Below, in pieces: positions 1 to 13,154 of a stretch of DNA of 64,000 nt. The translations under genes and the position numbers were made by a program. The notes under the pieces are model-generated. The model was given only the letters and a program-made list of their open reading frames with translations. It had not been told where the DNA came from and ran no database searches. The DNA is from Torpedo marmorata (Eukaryota): positions 18,848,001 to 18,912,000 of the forward strand of contig OZ360232.1 in the NCBI GenBank assembly GCA_977017645.1, read 5' to 3'. Each line of letters starts with the position of its first letter. Within the stretch, counting starts at the first letter, position 1.

Positions 1-481
1 ACAAGAGCGGTGCGGTTGTGGTCTGGCGCACTGACCTCTACCTTGCCGAGGCCAGTCGACAGCTCTCAGACACCTCCTCCTACCGACCCCTCCCACAGGA
101 CCCCACCACTACACATCAAGCCACTGTCTCCAACACCACCTTCAACCTCATCACCTCTGGTCACCTCCCCTCCACGGCCACCAACCTCATTCTCTCCCAC
201 CCCCGCACTGCCCGTCTCTACCTTCTACCCAAGATACACAAACCCAACCATCCGGGCAGACCCATTGTCTCCATCCTTTCTCCCCTGGTCCAATCCCTCC
301 CCACCTACATCCGCGACACCTCACATGCCCTCCATCGCCTCAATGACTTCAGATTCCCTGAACCGGACCGCATCATCTTCACCATGGATGTCCAATCCCT
401 TTATACCTCTATCCCCCACACAGAAGGTCTGAAAGCACTTCGCTTCTTCCTGGACCAAACACCCGACCACTCACCCTCTAC

Positions 482-1403
482 TGTTATGGACCATGACTGA
501 CCATTTGGACTGCGGACGGTCAGCAGGAAGGATGAAGTCTTTTGGAGTATACACTGGGGCCAGGTACTGAAAGAGTTAACTTCCCCAGGACTTGGTGTAC
601 CCAGACAGAGAGAGAGACAAGCTGTGGACAAAGATACATTGTTGCACTTTTGGTGTACCCAGACAGAGAGAGACCAGAGAGAGAGAGACAGACTGGACAA
701 GATACATTTGTTGCACTTTTGCAAAAAGCAGGTGTAGATCTCTGCAAGAAGCAGACAGTTGTAAGTTGCAAAGGCTAGAGAACACAGCCAAATCCAGGCT
801 TGTGCAAGTCAGAGAAAAGACTGGCAGAATAGCACATGGCCTCCTGTCTCAGAGAAATTCTGAGAAAAAGCAACTTCTGTGGAGAACAGGCGTGAGATCA
901 GCGAGACTAGCTGTGAGATTCAAGCATACGCCTAAATCAGTGGTATACTGATCTGAACTCGAAATCCTTATGAACACCCAAGAAGGGGACGTCATCAGAG
1001 AAGAAAACAAGTATTTGTAAGCATAAACAGTCATTGTCTCTCTCCAACGTTCATTCAGAAGTACTTCTACCAGACACAGAGCTGAATTTGAAGCCTGAAC
1101 TTAGAGAGTGAATTTTGTAGAATGTATTATCCTTTTTTTTGACTGACATGTTTTTTATGACTGACCTGGGGTTTTTGGGGAAAGTTTTTCCATTTTTACA
1201 CAAGGGTTGGGCACAGACTGTAATGGTCTGGGCTTTACACACACACACACACACACCTTTTAGATAAGAATAGTGTTTATAGACGTTTATAGTGGGGTTA
1301 ATTGTTGTGAAATTATATGTTTAATTGTCTTTAATAAATAGTAATTTCAATTTTACCCCTTTTGCAATGCATCTTCTGTCGTTACTGGTTTGATTTTGTA
1401 ACA
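482..1403 (+). mobile_element. Solo LTR of the Gmr1-type family at 52378-58265
   Basis: TGTTA...TAACA ends; 4-bp TSD CTAC (478-481 and 1404-1407); colinear with LTRs at 52378 and 57380. Confidence 0.95.
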
Positions 1404-2839
1404 CTACCACCACCCTCCTCCGCCTGGCAGAACTTGTCCTCACTCTAAATAACTTCTCCTTTAACTCATCCCTCTTCATCCAAATCAAAGGAGTAGCCAT
1501 GGGCACCCGCATGGGTCCCAGCTACACCTGCCTGTTTGTGGGTTTTGTGGAGCAATCCATGCTGCAAGCCTACACAGGCAAGACCCCTCATCTCTTCCTC
1601 CGGTATATCGACGACTACATCGGGGCTGCCTTATGCACCCGCGATGAGCTTGTCAACTTCATCCACTTCGCATCCAACTTCCACCCCGATCTCAAACTCA
1701 CCTGGTCCATCTCCAATAACACTCTCCCCTTCCTGGATCTCTCTGTCTCCATCTCGGGAGACAAACTTTCCACCGATATTTACTACAAACCCTCCAATTC
1801 CCACAACTATCTGGACTACACTTCCTCACACCCTGTCCCCTGCAAGGATATCATCCCCTTCTCTCAATTTCTCTGTCTCCGCTGCATATGTTCCCAAGAT
1901 GAGGCCTTCCAGTCCAGGTCTTCTGAAATGTCTGCCTTCTTCCACAAACGTGGCTTCCCCTCCACCACCATCAACTCAGCCCTCACCCGCATCTCCTCCA
2001 TTTCCCGCCCATCTGCCGTGGTCTCCTCTGCCCCCAGACGCAACAAACATAGAATCCCCCTCATCCTCACCTACCACCCCACCAGCCTCTGCATCAAACA
2101 CATTATCCGCCGGAATTTCCGGCACTTACTACAGGATCCCACCACCAGACACATTTTTCCTTCTCCTCCCTTCTCGGCCTTCCGCAGGGACCGCTCCCTC
2201 CGCGATTCCCTCATGCACTCATCCCTCCCCACCCATCGCACCCCCGGCACCTTCCCCTGTGCCTGCAGGAGGTGCAACACCTGCGCCCACACCTCCCCCC
2301 TCACCACGGTCCGGGGCCCCAAACAGGCCTTTCAAGTGAAACTACACTTCACTTGTACATCCAGAGAACTTATTTACTGCATCCGGTGCTCCCTTTGTGG
2401 CTTTCTCTACATCGGAGAGACCGGTCGTAGATTGGGAGATCGCTTCGCTGAGCACCTCCTCTCCATCCGCAACAACAGCGACCTCCTAGTAGCCAGCCAT
2501 TTCAATTCCGAGTCACACTCCCACACTCACATGTCTGTCCATGGCCTTATGTACTATCCCACCCAGACCACCCGCAAATTGGAGGAACAACATCTCATTT
2601 TCCATCTGGGCACTCTCCAGCCAGATGGCATTAACATTGACTTTTCTGCTTTCCACTAAACCTGCTCGCATTTTTCTTCCCCTCCCCCCTTACCTGTCCT
2701 TCCAGTTTTTTTCCACCCACCCAGCCATCCCTCCTCCCCCTCTTTGCTGCTGTCCCCTCCCTCCTTTCTCCACCTATCATCTCCTGCCTCCCCCCCCCTC
2801 ACTCTTTTGTTTGGACGCCTGCCGGCATTTTCTCATACT

Positions 2840-2868
2840 TTGATGAAGGGCTCAAGCCCGAAATGTCG
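2840..2868 (+). ncRNA. Degenerate minimal hammerhead ribozyme motif in Penelope pseudo-LTR
   Basis: TTGATGA-A-GGGC-TCAA-GCCC-GAAA-TGTC: CUGANGA/GAAA core boxes around a 4-bp stem II. Confidence 0.6.
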
Positions 2869-3189
2869 GTTATGTATTTCTACCTTTGCTACATAAAAGA
2901 CACTGTTTGACCTGCTGAGTGTCTCCAACATTTGTGTTTTTTACAGATTTTCGTGATTTACTTATTGGATATAAAGTGCTTTAAGTTGAGTGGAAGCTGC
3001 ATTAATTGGCTCGATGATATTACTTTTAGAGGCAGGCAATTCAGTCAACTTTCTGTCAACTGTCTCCCAAAAGTCTTCCCCTTTTAAGCTTCAGCAGGAA
3101 GTACAATCTGTCTCCAACAGCCTCTATAACACTTTGGATCTGGTCTCATCCATCATAGATTTTCCCTTTTGATTCCCACTATCTTATCT

Positions 3190-3320
3190 GTAACTTAAAA
3201 TGATTTTTTTTTAAATCTCTTTCCCAGTTCTGACAAAAGGGGCCTGACCTAAAACATTAACATTCCCTTTCCACTGATGCTGCCTGACCTGACGAATGTT
3301 TCTGGTATTTTGTTTTATGT
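3190..3320 (+). mobile_element. Old Penelope-terminus-derived repeat fragment
   Basis: ctgacaaaaggggcctgacctaaaacatt...gatgctgcctgacctg...tttctggtattttgtttt resembles the pseudo-LTR at 2840-2945. Confidence 0.5.
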
Positions 3321-3419
3321 TGATCTAATGCTTAATTGTGCCTTGATATTGTCAGATGAGCCACTCAGGTACACCAACATACTGTGACAGTGCCTTCGTC
3401 ATCTGGAGTTCTATAGTTC

Positions 3420-3525
3420 AAGAGGACCAACTCAGTTTCAAGTGTAATTAGAGATGAATAATAAATGCTGGGATTGCCAGCAATGTCGCTGGGATTGCCA
3501 GCAATGTCCTCATCCTGTGAATATG
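3420..3525 (+). mobile_element. Decayed DeuSINE-like 3' tail with a 21-bp tandem duplication
   Basis: aattagagatgaataataaatgctgggattgccagcaatgtc...catcctgtgaat resembles the AmnSINE/SacSINE tail as I recall it; gctgggattgccagcaatgtc occurs twice. Confidence 0.4.
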
Positions 3526-4624
3526 TCTTTTAAATATTCTGGAACAGCAGCCCACAAAAATTTGAGAAACATTTTACTGTTATAATATCAGAATCCTTTG
3601 GAATGATCGTACTTCATCGATTATCACAACACATCAAAAAAATAAAAGTTCTGACCTAAAAATAGATTTTCTTGCTGTCTGGAAATAAACCAAAACAGGG
3701 AACTAAGACCAGAACACAAATATTTGAATTAGCTATTGAATGTTTATAATCTGTTTACCATTACTGGCTGGTCACTAAGAATAAATAGCCTGTTACTCAG
3801 TAACTCTGCTCTTCAATCTATTATCACCCTTTAGCAGACATTTATTGAGCCAATATATGAACAAACTGGAATCTATTGAAATAGAATGACTGATGCTGAA
3901 AGCTTAGCAGTCATATTTATCTAAAAGACAGACTCAGCTATTTGCAAAGTGGTGACCCTTCCAGCAGATTCGTAGGTCAAGCAAGAGGGCAGGGGTTTAT
4001 GAAGTAAAGGGAGCACGGTTAAGGTTAAGGTCAAAACTGTCCATCCCAAAAATAATTAAAACTTTAGATTCTATAACAAGAGACATGAAATACAGACTGT
4101 ACAACTTCAACATAAAGATGATAGGAAATATAGGGTCTGTTTTATATTGATTCTGGATCAACAACAATTTTGTTATTTCTACAGTTGATTTTTTTTTCAG
4201 TGGTTGGCCTTCTTCATTTTATCCTCTTAAAACTGAAGTAATTTAAAAAATGCACTCATCTAAAGCCTATGAGCATTTTAACTAACATTACCTTGAAGTT
4301 AAACAATGCCTTACTTTTAAAATGTTATCCTTTAATTTCAAATCATATCCATACCTACAACCCTCCAAAAAATCTGCATCCATTCACTTATGGCCTCTCA
4401 AGCATTCTTGTTTCTAATTGCTCCTTTTTTGGTGGTTCTGCCTTCAGTTTCCTTCTTTAAATATTCTTTAAACTATAATTTTGACCAGGTTTTAGTTGTT
4501 TGCCATTACAGCTCTCAACATGATATCAATTTATATTTAAGGGTCCTGTCATGTGTGTTGGTTGCTTTAATTCACCATGTGAAAAGTGAAATATTAAATG
4601 CAAATCATTTAAATTTTATTTTCT

Positions 4625-4873
4625 TTAATTTAGATATACACCTAATAACAGTCCCTTCTGGCCCACAAGCCCGTGCCATACAATTACACACGTGACCAAT
4701 TAATCAATTAACCCGTACATAACTTGGAATGTGGGAGGAAACCTGAGAACCTGAAGGAAACTCATACGGTTACAGGGAGAATGTACAAGCTCCTTACAGA
4801 CAGTTGTGGGTTCAAACCCAGTCGCTGATGCTGTAATATCATTGCACTAACTGCTATGCTAAATGTGCCTCCC
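4625..4873 (-). mobile_element. V-SINE (HE1-like, tRNA-derived)
   Basis: Reverse complement of the head (tagcagttagtgc; tgggtttgaaccc B box) and V-core ctgtctgtaaggagcttgtacattctccc. Confidence 0.85.
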
Positions 4874-5469
4874 TGACTGTTATGCTAACCATGGAATCTT
4901 TCATAATGCAAAGGTGTACCAACAAAATCACCGGAGGCACAAGGAAGAATATGAAAGCTAACCAAAAAGCAGACACAAAATTTATTATTTTCCTATCATG
5001 TTCTTATTCCACAATATAATTTTTTTTCATCTCAGTTTGTATACCTATGAAACTATCAATCCACTTTGTTTCATGCAAGACTATTCTAGTATTCGTCTAT
5101 TTTTGGCCTTCATAATTCCTTGAACATTTATTGCTGATTTCTGAATTTCTTTCCAATCCTTAGATTTCTTTCTTTTTAAAAACAATATAATGCAGTATTT
5201 TAATTTCCATTGTTAGACACAATTTGACCACATTTCCTGTTCGGATTCTGTGCCATAGAGGATGAATATTTGCTGTAACCAATGTATTCCTCTTTAAATG
5301 TTAGCCATGCTCGCTTATGTTCATAATGGTCTCTTTTAATGTAGCTTCCTTATCGACCACAGCCAATTGGGACTTCACATCTTTGTAGTTTTCTTCTTGT
5401 AGATTTAAGACACTCACTTTGAACTAAATTACTTTCAATAATATAAATACATTAGAAATAAAAGAGTAG

Positions 5470-6264
5470 GAAAGAATTATGTAAACTAAGTATGACTAAG
5501 ATTATTAATGTCAGATATAGATTAGTGCAATATAATTTTTTCCATCAATTATATTTAACACCTAAAAAATTAAAGAAATTTAACCCGACGTTATCAGGTT
5601 TATGTTTCAGATGTAATAGAGAAGAAGGTTCTTTTGTACATTCTACATGGTTCTGTCCAAAGATTTATGATTTTTGGTTGAGAGTTAAAAAGTTTTTAGA
5701 CAAAGTATTAAGAATTATACTCCCAATGGATCCTATGATATTTTTATTTGGAGATATTAAAAGAATTAGTATTATGATGAAATTAAATATGTATCAAATA
5801 GAGTTTTTGAGAATTGCTTTAGCTGTTGCTAAGAAATGTATTGCTATTACTTGGAAATCTGATGTAGATTTAGGGTTAGAAAGGTGGCATGCAGAACTTC
5901 GTTCATGTATACCACTTGAAAAAATTACTTATAATTTACGTAATAAATATCATTTCTTTTTGAAAATATGGAGCCCATATATAAAAGCGGTTGGTTTAAG
6001 GATTTGAAGATCTCTGGATATCAGATCTGACTGGTGAACCTATTTTCCACAATAAAATTAGTCTATAGTTGTTCTTTTTTGTAGATTGACATTCTCCTTA
6101 TTCTATCTTTTTCTTTCTTTTATTTTATAGATTAGTAGGGGTGGGAGGGTTAGGGTGGGGAGGGAGGCTGGGGGGGAGAAAATGTATCACATGTATTTTG
6201 ATAATTTTAGATTTTGCCTTATGTATTTTGTGATTTAAAATTTTAAATAAAATATTTAAAAAAA
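5470..6264 (+). mobile_element. 5'-truncated L1/Tx1-clade LINE
   Basis: ORF 5492-6007 is the ORF2 C-terminal zinc finger (CFRC..H..WFCP). G-rich 3' UTR at 6137-6177, AATAAA and A tail. 16-bp TSD AGAAATAAAAGAGTAG at 5454-5469 and 6265-6280. Confidence 0.92.
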
Positions 6265-6587
6265 AGAAATAAAAGAGTAGAAAATTCAGCCCCTCTTTGC
6301 TCTGCTTTTGATATACCGGTACATCTTTTACACTCACCATTTTCTTGCACTAACTCCACATCCCCCCATTCTCTTAACATCTAAAACTCAATCCTTCTGT
6401 CTTGTGTATACTCAGTGACTGAACCTTAATGCTGTTTTTGTTTTTTGAATTCCATCTAGAGGGCAAAAGATCTTTGAAGACATTTCTTCTCGTTTCCGTT
6501 TTAAATAACTGTCCCTTTACTTTGAGACTATTGCATCTGCTTTCAGATGCAACATGGGATTCTATCATATCCTGTTCACTCTTCCCT

Positions 6588-8830
6588 TCAGATTCAGATT
6601 TCAGATTTCAGATTTATTGTCAGATTACATACCTGACATCACATACATAAGAACATAAGAACATAAGAAATTAGGAACAGGAGTAGGCCAACCGGCCCGT
6701 CGAGCCTGCTCCACCATTCAATAAGATCATGGCTGATCTGATCAATGACCTAACTCCACCTACCTGCCCTTTCCCCATATCCCCTAATTCCTTTTTTATG
6801 TAAAAATCTATCCAACTGAACCTTAAATATGTTCAATGAAGCAACCTCAACCGCTTCCCTGGGTAGAGAATTCCACAAATTCACCACTCTCTGGGAAAAA
6901 TTGTTTTTCCTCATCTCTGTCCTAAATCTACTCCCCGAATCTTGAGGCTGTGTCCCCTAGTTTTGGTCTCACCCGCCAGTGAAAAAAACCTTCCTACTAT
7001 CCTATCCATCCCCCTCATAATTCTATATGTTTCTATAAGATCTCCTCTCATTCTTCTGAACTTGAGCGAGTATAATCCCAGACAATTTAACCTTTCATCA
7101 TAAGTCAACCCCTTCATCTCAGGCATCAACCTAGTAAACCTCCTCTGGACTGCCTCCAAGGCCAGTATATCCTTCCTCAAATATGGAGACCAGAACTGCA
7201 CACAGTACTCCAGGTGCGGTCTCACCAGTACCTTGTACAGTTGCAACATTACCTCCCTGCTCCTGACTTCAATTCCTCTAGCGATGAAGGCCAACATTCC
7301 ATTTTCCTTCTTAATAACCTGCTGCACCTGCAACCCAACATTTGCGATTCGTGCACAAGCACTCCCAAGTCCTTCTGCACAACAGCATGCTGCAGTTTTT
7401 CACCACTTAAATAATACTCTGCTCTTTTATTTTTCTTGCCAAAGTGGATAACCTCGCACTGTACTCCATCTGCCAGACCTTTGCCCACTCACCTAACTTA
7501 GCTATATCCCTCTGCAGCCCCTCCACATCCTCAGTACAATTTGCTCTTTCACTCAATTTAGTATCATCCGCAAACTTGGCTACACCACATTTTGTCCCCT
7601 CCTCCAAATCATCAATGTAAATGATGAACAGTTGTGGGCCCAGCACCGACCCCTGCGGCACCCCACTTACCACTGTCTGCCAATCAGAAAAACACCCATT
7701 TATCCTGACTCTCTGCCTCCTTTCAGACAACCAATCCTCAATCCATGCCAATATACTTCCCTGGACTCCATTCACCTGTAGCTTACTGATAAGTCTCTTG
7801 TGCGGCACCTTATCAAACGCTTTCTGGAAATCCAAATATACAACATCAACCTGTTCCCCTCTATCTACCGCACCCATTATGTCCTCAAAGAACTCTAACA
7901 AGTTTGTCAAACAAGATCTGCCCTTCCTAAACCCATGCTGTGTCTGCCTGATTGAACCCTTTCATTCTAACTGTCTCACTATTTCATCCTTAATGACAGC
8001 TTCAAGCATTTTCCCAACTACAGACATTAAGCTAATTGGCCGATAGTTCCCAGTCTTCTGCCTACATCCCTTCTTAAAAAGTGGCGTGACATTTGCTGTC
8101 TTCCAATCTGCCGGGACCTGCCCAGAATCTAGAGAATTTTGGTATAAGACCACCAATGCATTGACTATAACTTCTGCCATTTCCCTCAGAACCCTGGGAT
8201 GCATTTCATCACGACCAGGGGATTTGTCTGGCTTTAGTCCCATTAGTTTGTTCATCACCATCTCCTTTGTGACAACTATTTTATCAAGGCCTTCACCAAC
8301 ATTCGCATCCCTATCTCCACTCTTTGGCATGCTGGACGTGTCTTCCACCGTGAAGACTGACACAAAATATTTGTTCAAGGCCTCGGCCATTTCCTCATTA
8401 TTCAATATCAATTTCCCCTTCTCATCTTCCAAGGGTCCTATGTTAACTCTAGCCACCCTCTTCCGTTTTATATATTTATAAAAATGTTTGCTATCTGTTT
8501 TTATATTTTGTGCCAATTTACCTTCATAATCCTTTCTCCCCTTTCTTATTACCCGCTTTGTTGTCGCTTGTTGTCTTTTAAACCCTGAGATTCCTTTTTC
8601 AGCCGGCGCGGCAGAATTACTACTAATTGGTAGTGCAAAAAATAAACTGTACACAGCGTAAAACATGTAAGCAAACAAAGAACTGTACACAGATAACGAA
8701 TGTAAACAAACTGTGTGCAATACAGAGAGAACAAAAGAAAATCAATAAATTGCACAAGTACACAAGTAAGATTGAGTTTGTCGTTGAGGAGTCTGATGGT
8801 GGAGGGGTAGCAGCTGTTCCTGAACCTGGT
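6588..8830 (-). mobile_element. Rex1/Babar-type 3' tail fragment split by a CR1 insertion
   Basis: (CAGATTT)n-ATTGTCAGA...acatcacataca at 6588-6647 resumes as aaccctgagattcc at 8581. An uninterrupted paralog sits at 14731-14870. Confidence 0.75.
6648..8580 (-). mobile_element. CR1 (HER1-like) LINE, 5'-truncated, frameshifted RT
   Basis: NYRPISL, YLDFQKAFDKVPH, GVPQGSVLGP, KFADDTK and VRPHLEYCVQFWSP motifs; (TTCTTATG)n tail at 6648-6670. Confidence 0.95.
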
Positions 8831-8902
8831 CTGAAATCACCCCTTCCCTTGATGGCTCAACATACAGATCTAGGAAAACCCATCTCTTATATGAATTTGT
8901 CC

Positions 8903-9782
8903 TGTTATAAACTCAAACCAGCAACGACAGAAGACGCAATGCAAATGGGGCAAAATTGAAATTTATATTTATTAACGACAATTAAACATATCATTTCACA
9001 ACAATCAACCCCACTATAAATGTCTATAAACACTGTTCTTATAAACACTATTCTTATCTAAAGAGTGTGTGTGTGTGTGTGTAAAGCCCAGACCATTACA
9101 GTCTGTGCCCAACCCTCATGAAAAACAATAGATAACCTTCGCCAAAACCCCAGGTCAGTCATAAAAATAAGTCAGTCCCAAAAATACAGTCCACTAAAAT
9201 CACTCTCTATGTTCAGGGTCCAAATTCAGCTCTGTGCGCTGGCACGAAGGACTTCTTAATGAACGTTGGAGAGAGACAATGACTGTTTAAGCTTATGAAT
9301 GCTTGGCCTGCTTTTCTTCCGATGACTTTCCCTTTTGGTAGGTGCACGAGGGTTGCTGTTCCAAATCAGTATACCACTGATGAAGGCGTGTACTTGGATC
9401 TCACAGCCTGTCTCGCTGATCTCATGCCTGTTCTCCACGAAAGTTGCTTTATATCAGGGATTTTGCTGATACAAGAGGCCTTATGCTATTTTCCCCCAGT
9501 CTTTCTTACTGGAATGCACAAGCCTGGTTTTGATGTTGTTGCTTCAGCCTTTTGCAACTCCAAACTGAATGCTTTTTGCAAAGGTTTGCAACTGCTTTTG
9601 CAAAAGTGCAACAAAGTATCTTTCCACAGCCTGTCTCTCTCTCTCTATGTGTCTCTCTCTCTGAGCACAGCCAGTCCTGGGCAAGTTAACTCTTTCAGTA
9701 CCTGGTCCCAGTGTGTACTCAAAAGACTTCATCCTTCCTGCTGACCGTCTGCAGTCCAAATGGTCAATCATGGTCCATAACA
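8903..9782 (-). mobile_element. Solo LTR, Gmr1-type family
   Basis: Reverse complement of the family LTR; TG..CA ends; 4-bp TSD GTCC (8899-8902 and 9783-9786). Confidence 0.95.
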
Positions 9783-9786
9783 GTCC

Positions 9787-10110
9787 TCCACAAATTTACT
9801 GCTAATTTGGTTTGTCAAGGTTATATGTAAATTAAAACCTCCCAATGATTATTATAGTCTCTTTGTTTCAAAGTCCTCAAATTTCTTTAATTCTACTGAA
9901 TCCTCCATCACTATTATTACTTGGATCCTATTAACAACTCTCACCAATGTTTTCTGGCCTTTGCTCTTTCTTAGCTCCATCCAGACTGACTTTATTTTTT
10001 GAATTAATGTGGATAAAGTATAATTCTTTCTCTCTATTGCCTTTATCTCATTCTTCATCGCAGCTACCTTGCTTCCTTCACCATGTTCCTATCTCTTCCA
10101 AAGTCTTCTG
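9787..10110 (-). mobile_element. Old CR1 endonuclease fragment
   Basis: Residual SVWMELRKSKGQKTLVRVVNR matches the CR1 EN stretch AIWVELRNGKG..GVYYRPP seen at 51450. Confidence 0.55.
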
Positions 10111-11897
10111 GAATATTTAATTCAAAACCTTGTACATATTTCTAATAGATTGTACCTTTTCCAATTTATTTGCCCCATTAATTCAGATAAAGAGATTTCC
10201 ACCATTTTTTTTAAACCACTTTTTCCTGCTGTGACTACGTAGAGATGTACTCTGTTCCTTCCTGATGAACTCTGGCTATCATTATCTGGATCACTTCCCT
10301 GATTACCATTTTGCCCTTTCTCTTTCATTTTCCAAATTTCGCCTCACTGGAACCACACTGAACTAAAATTAGTTTGAAACTTTACCCAGAACTCTAGTCA
10401 TTGGATTGAATACTTGTTCCAGTTCAGTTCAGGCAAAGCTCCTCCGAGTAGAATAGCTCCCTCTATCAATATTATTTGGTCTAGGGTCCTATGAATTGAA
10501 ACACACTTCTCCCACATTAGCCTTTAAACCACACTTAACTCTGATCTCTTTGATTCCATGCTAATTTGCATTTGGGTCAGAATGTAAACTAGAGATTATC
10601 ACATTTGCAGTTCTGCTTTATAATTTGGACCAAATCAATTCACACTTTTATCCCATCATCCTTGTTTTCAAATCTCCACATCCTCAGCCTCCCTGTTCTG
10701 TAAACTTCTCCTGCACTTCAACTCCGTAATTTCCTCAACTCTTATGCATAGCCTTCAGTTATCTCGATCCCAGGCTTTACAGTTTCCTTCTTACACTTCT
10801 CCACACCTCTTCTCCTTTAAGGTGCTTTTAAGAAAGTTGCCTCTGAACAAGCTTTAAGCTGCCAATCCTAAAATACCTTTTATACTTCACTCTCAAATCT
10901 TTTGCCAATAATACTCTTCTGAAGCAATTTGGGATGTTTCATGCTGATAAAAGTGAAAGCTTGTTGTTGCCAATAATTTTTCAAATTATTTTTCTGAAAA
11001 GCTTTAATGAAGTTGATGGTGGACGAAATCCAACACAAGCCTGCCTATATTTCCTGGGTAAATGTATGTTAGAGATTGAGAATTTGTTTTGTATTCTGAG
11101 CACCCAAACTGAGTCATAAGCATGTTTGTCATCTTAAAGAGTAGAAAATTGTCTTGCATTACTTGTTGGTGCTGCATGGAATAGTTTCTTCTTTAATCTA
11201 ACTTGAAACAAATTACGTTTCTGCTTCAGTGAGTTTCTTCCCGTATGTTACCTGAAGCATTTGCTTGGTTTATTTCTACCACAGAAAGAAGGTTAAATTA
11301 TCACAAAGCATAAAAATATCCAACAGAAGGGCATTATTCTTCAATGGTAAACAGATTATTGTAAACATTGTGATTTAATGCCTTAGTGAGCAATTCTTCT
11401 GACCTGAATGAAATTTCCTTCCTTTCTTTGTCAATTCTTTCCTTGCATTATTTTAGCTAAAGAATAGAAATCTCTTTAGAGGTCACACTTGATTTAAATA
11501 AAAACAATGTACCCAAGGCTTTCCTTTAAAAGGGAATCTCCATTGCAACCAATGTATTTTATGACTTAAGTGTGTTGCTGTGCAACAACTTTTAGCAGAT
11601 CTATTTTTAGTTTAATTCTTTCCGTACTATTGTACTAAGGGGTTTAAAAAGATGTAACATTTTAATTCGCACAACCAAACATTTAGGTGCTGCCCCTTTA
11701 GCCTGTATTTTATTGCTTACACAAGTACATTATCCTGAGCTTTTGATAGACCTGTAAGCAGATATATTGCCTCGTGCATCATCGATCCATGGAGGTCAGG
11801 AAAATGCCAGGCTTGATCTCTCACTCATTTTGAGTCAAAATTCTTCAGCAAGAGCAGCATTGAGGGCGTTACAATTGGGTGTTAGCATCTGACAAAC

Positions 11898-12615
11898 CAG
11901 TGGCTTGTTTGGTGCGGTAACTCATGGTGTCACCCCCACCCCCCCTATGGACCTCCTCCCGTACCAGACCATACAAAATCCTTAGTAATGTTTTTTGTAC
12001 TAATGTTACTTGTAAATCGTAATTCCCTATATCACTGAATGCAATGGCAATAGTAGTGCGATAAACAACTAGCAAAATTAAAATTACACCTTTAAATTAC
12101 AATATCATACGCACAGCCTAAATTTATTTACATTTACATAAGTTTTATGTGGTTAAAGTGAAAATTCGGTAAGAAAACAATAGAATTCAAAATTAAAATG
12201 TTTAAGAACTACATCAAAATTATGTTGATTTTAATGTTAAACTTTATTGTTACATGAGATACATTAACACCAGCAGCAACAAAAACAACAGCGCGTGCTT
12301 GTAGCGCGTGCAGACGAAACCACGTGATTCGAAGTGTCATTGTAATTGGGTAATAATGACAGCTCTGACCGAAGCGCATTAGAAGGTTCAAAAAGTAAAT
12401 TAGCATAGAGATTTAGCCTTGTAGATTTATTGATACATGTAAGCTGGGCTTATGAAAATTGTTTTTGTTGTTATAACTAACTACAGGGATATTTTTATAA
12501 AGAATAATAAATTTCTGCTGAAGCACTGCACTAAAATTTTATAGACAGTCACTTTGGTGTCACCCCCTCTGATGGTGTCACCCGGTGTGGTCCGCACCCC
12601 CTAGTGGCGCAAGTG
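11898..12615. mobile_element. Non-autonomous hAT-type DNA transposon
   Basis: Ends CAGTGGC.../...GCGCAAGTG (degenerate TIR); subterminal GGTGTCACCC repeats at both ends; 8-bp TSD TGACAAAC (11890-97) / CGACAAAC (12616-23). Confidence 0.8.
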
Positions 12616-13154
12616 CGACAAACCATTTTCCAAAAAAAGGGAACAATCAACAATGCATTTACCCCTAATTACTGTTCAGTGACATATGCTTTCAAGTATA
12701 TGCATTTGAATGTTATTTATAACCCTGTCTTGCTCATTCTCCATGCTTAAATTACCTGCTGATATCAACTATACCCATATGTGAATGATGGCCATCTGAA
12801 TTAAATACTGGAAAGATATTGGTTTCTACAGTACATGCGTAGAACAGTAAAGCACTGTACAGATTCTTTGACCCACAATGTGGTACTGAAGAGCCAAACC
12901 ACACTCTCACATTTGCATTACTGAATTAATTTACCTACACATATACAAACTTAGATTAGAAGCATGGGAAAATAAATAAAAAAGAGGTAATTTTACTATT
13001 TTAAAGCAACAGCTTACTTATATCATGGCCTTCTCTATGTCACTTTGCCTGATTAGATGATCTTAGAAAGAAGTGGGAACTGGAAAAAAATAATCACAAG
13101 GCCAACACAGTGGTTTCAAGATTTCAGATGGGATACTCTTTTAAAAGCAAGATT

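Larger units (their letters stand above)
1..2960 (+). mobile_element. Penelope-like element (RT + GIY-YIG endonuclease), 5' end outside window, interrupted by solo LTR 482-1403
   Basis: ORF 18-481 has YLLPKIHKP..GRPIVS and FTMDVQSLYTSIP. The frame resumes after the LTR (PSTTTLLRLAELVLTLNNFSFN..GVAMGTRMGP..RYIDD) and ends in the GIY-YIG motif IYCIRC..LYIGET..GINIDFSAFH* at 2659. A pyrimidine-rich 3' pseudo-LTR follows. Confidence 0.93.

Noticed and set aside
520-1254. Recurrent short ORFs such as MEYTLGPGTERVNLPRT.. (also at 9544, 23267, 32167, 57440)
   Set aside because: They are chance frames inside copies of the same LTR; lengths and frames are not conserved.
8581-8720. Hydrophobic N-terminus on ORF 7962-8720 suggesting a signal-peptide/RT fusion
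   Set aside because: The frame merely runs from the flanking Rex1 tail into the 5'-truncated CR1.
10650-10970. Old L2-like 3' tail (also about 4330-4600)
   Set aside because: Too decayed to delimit or classify by eye.
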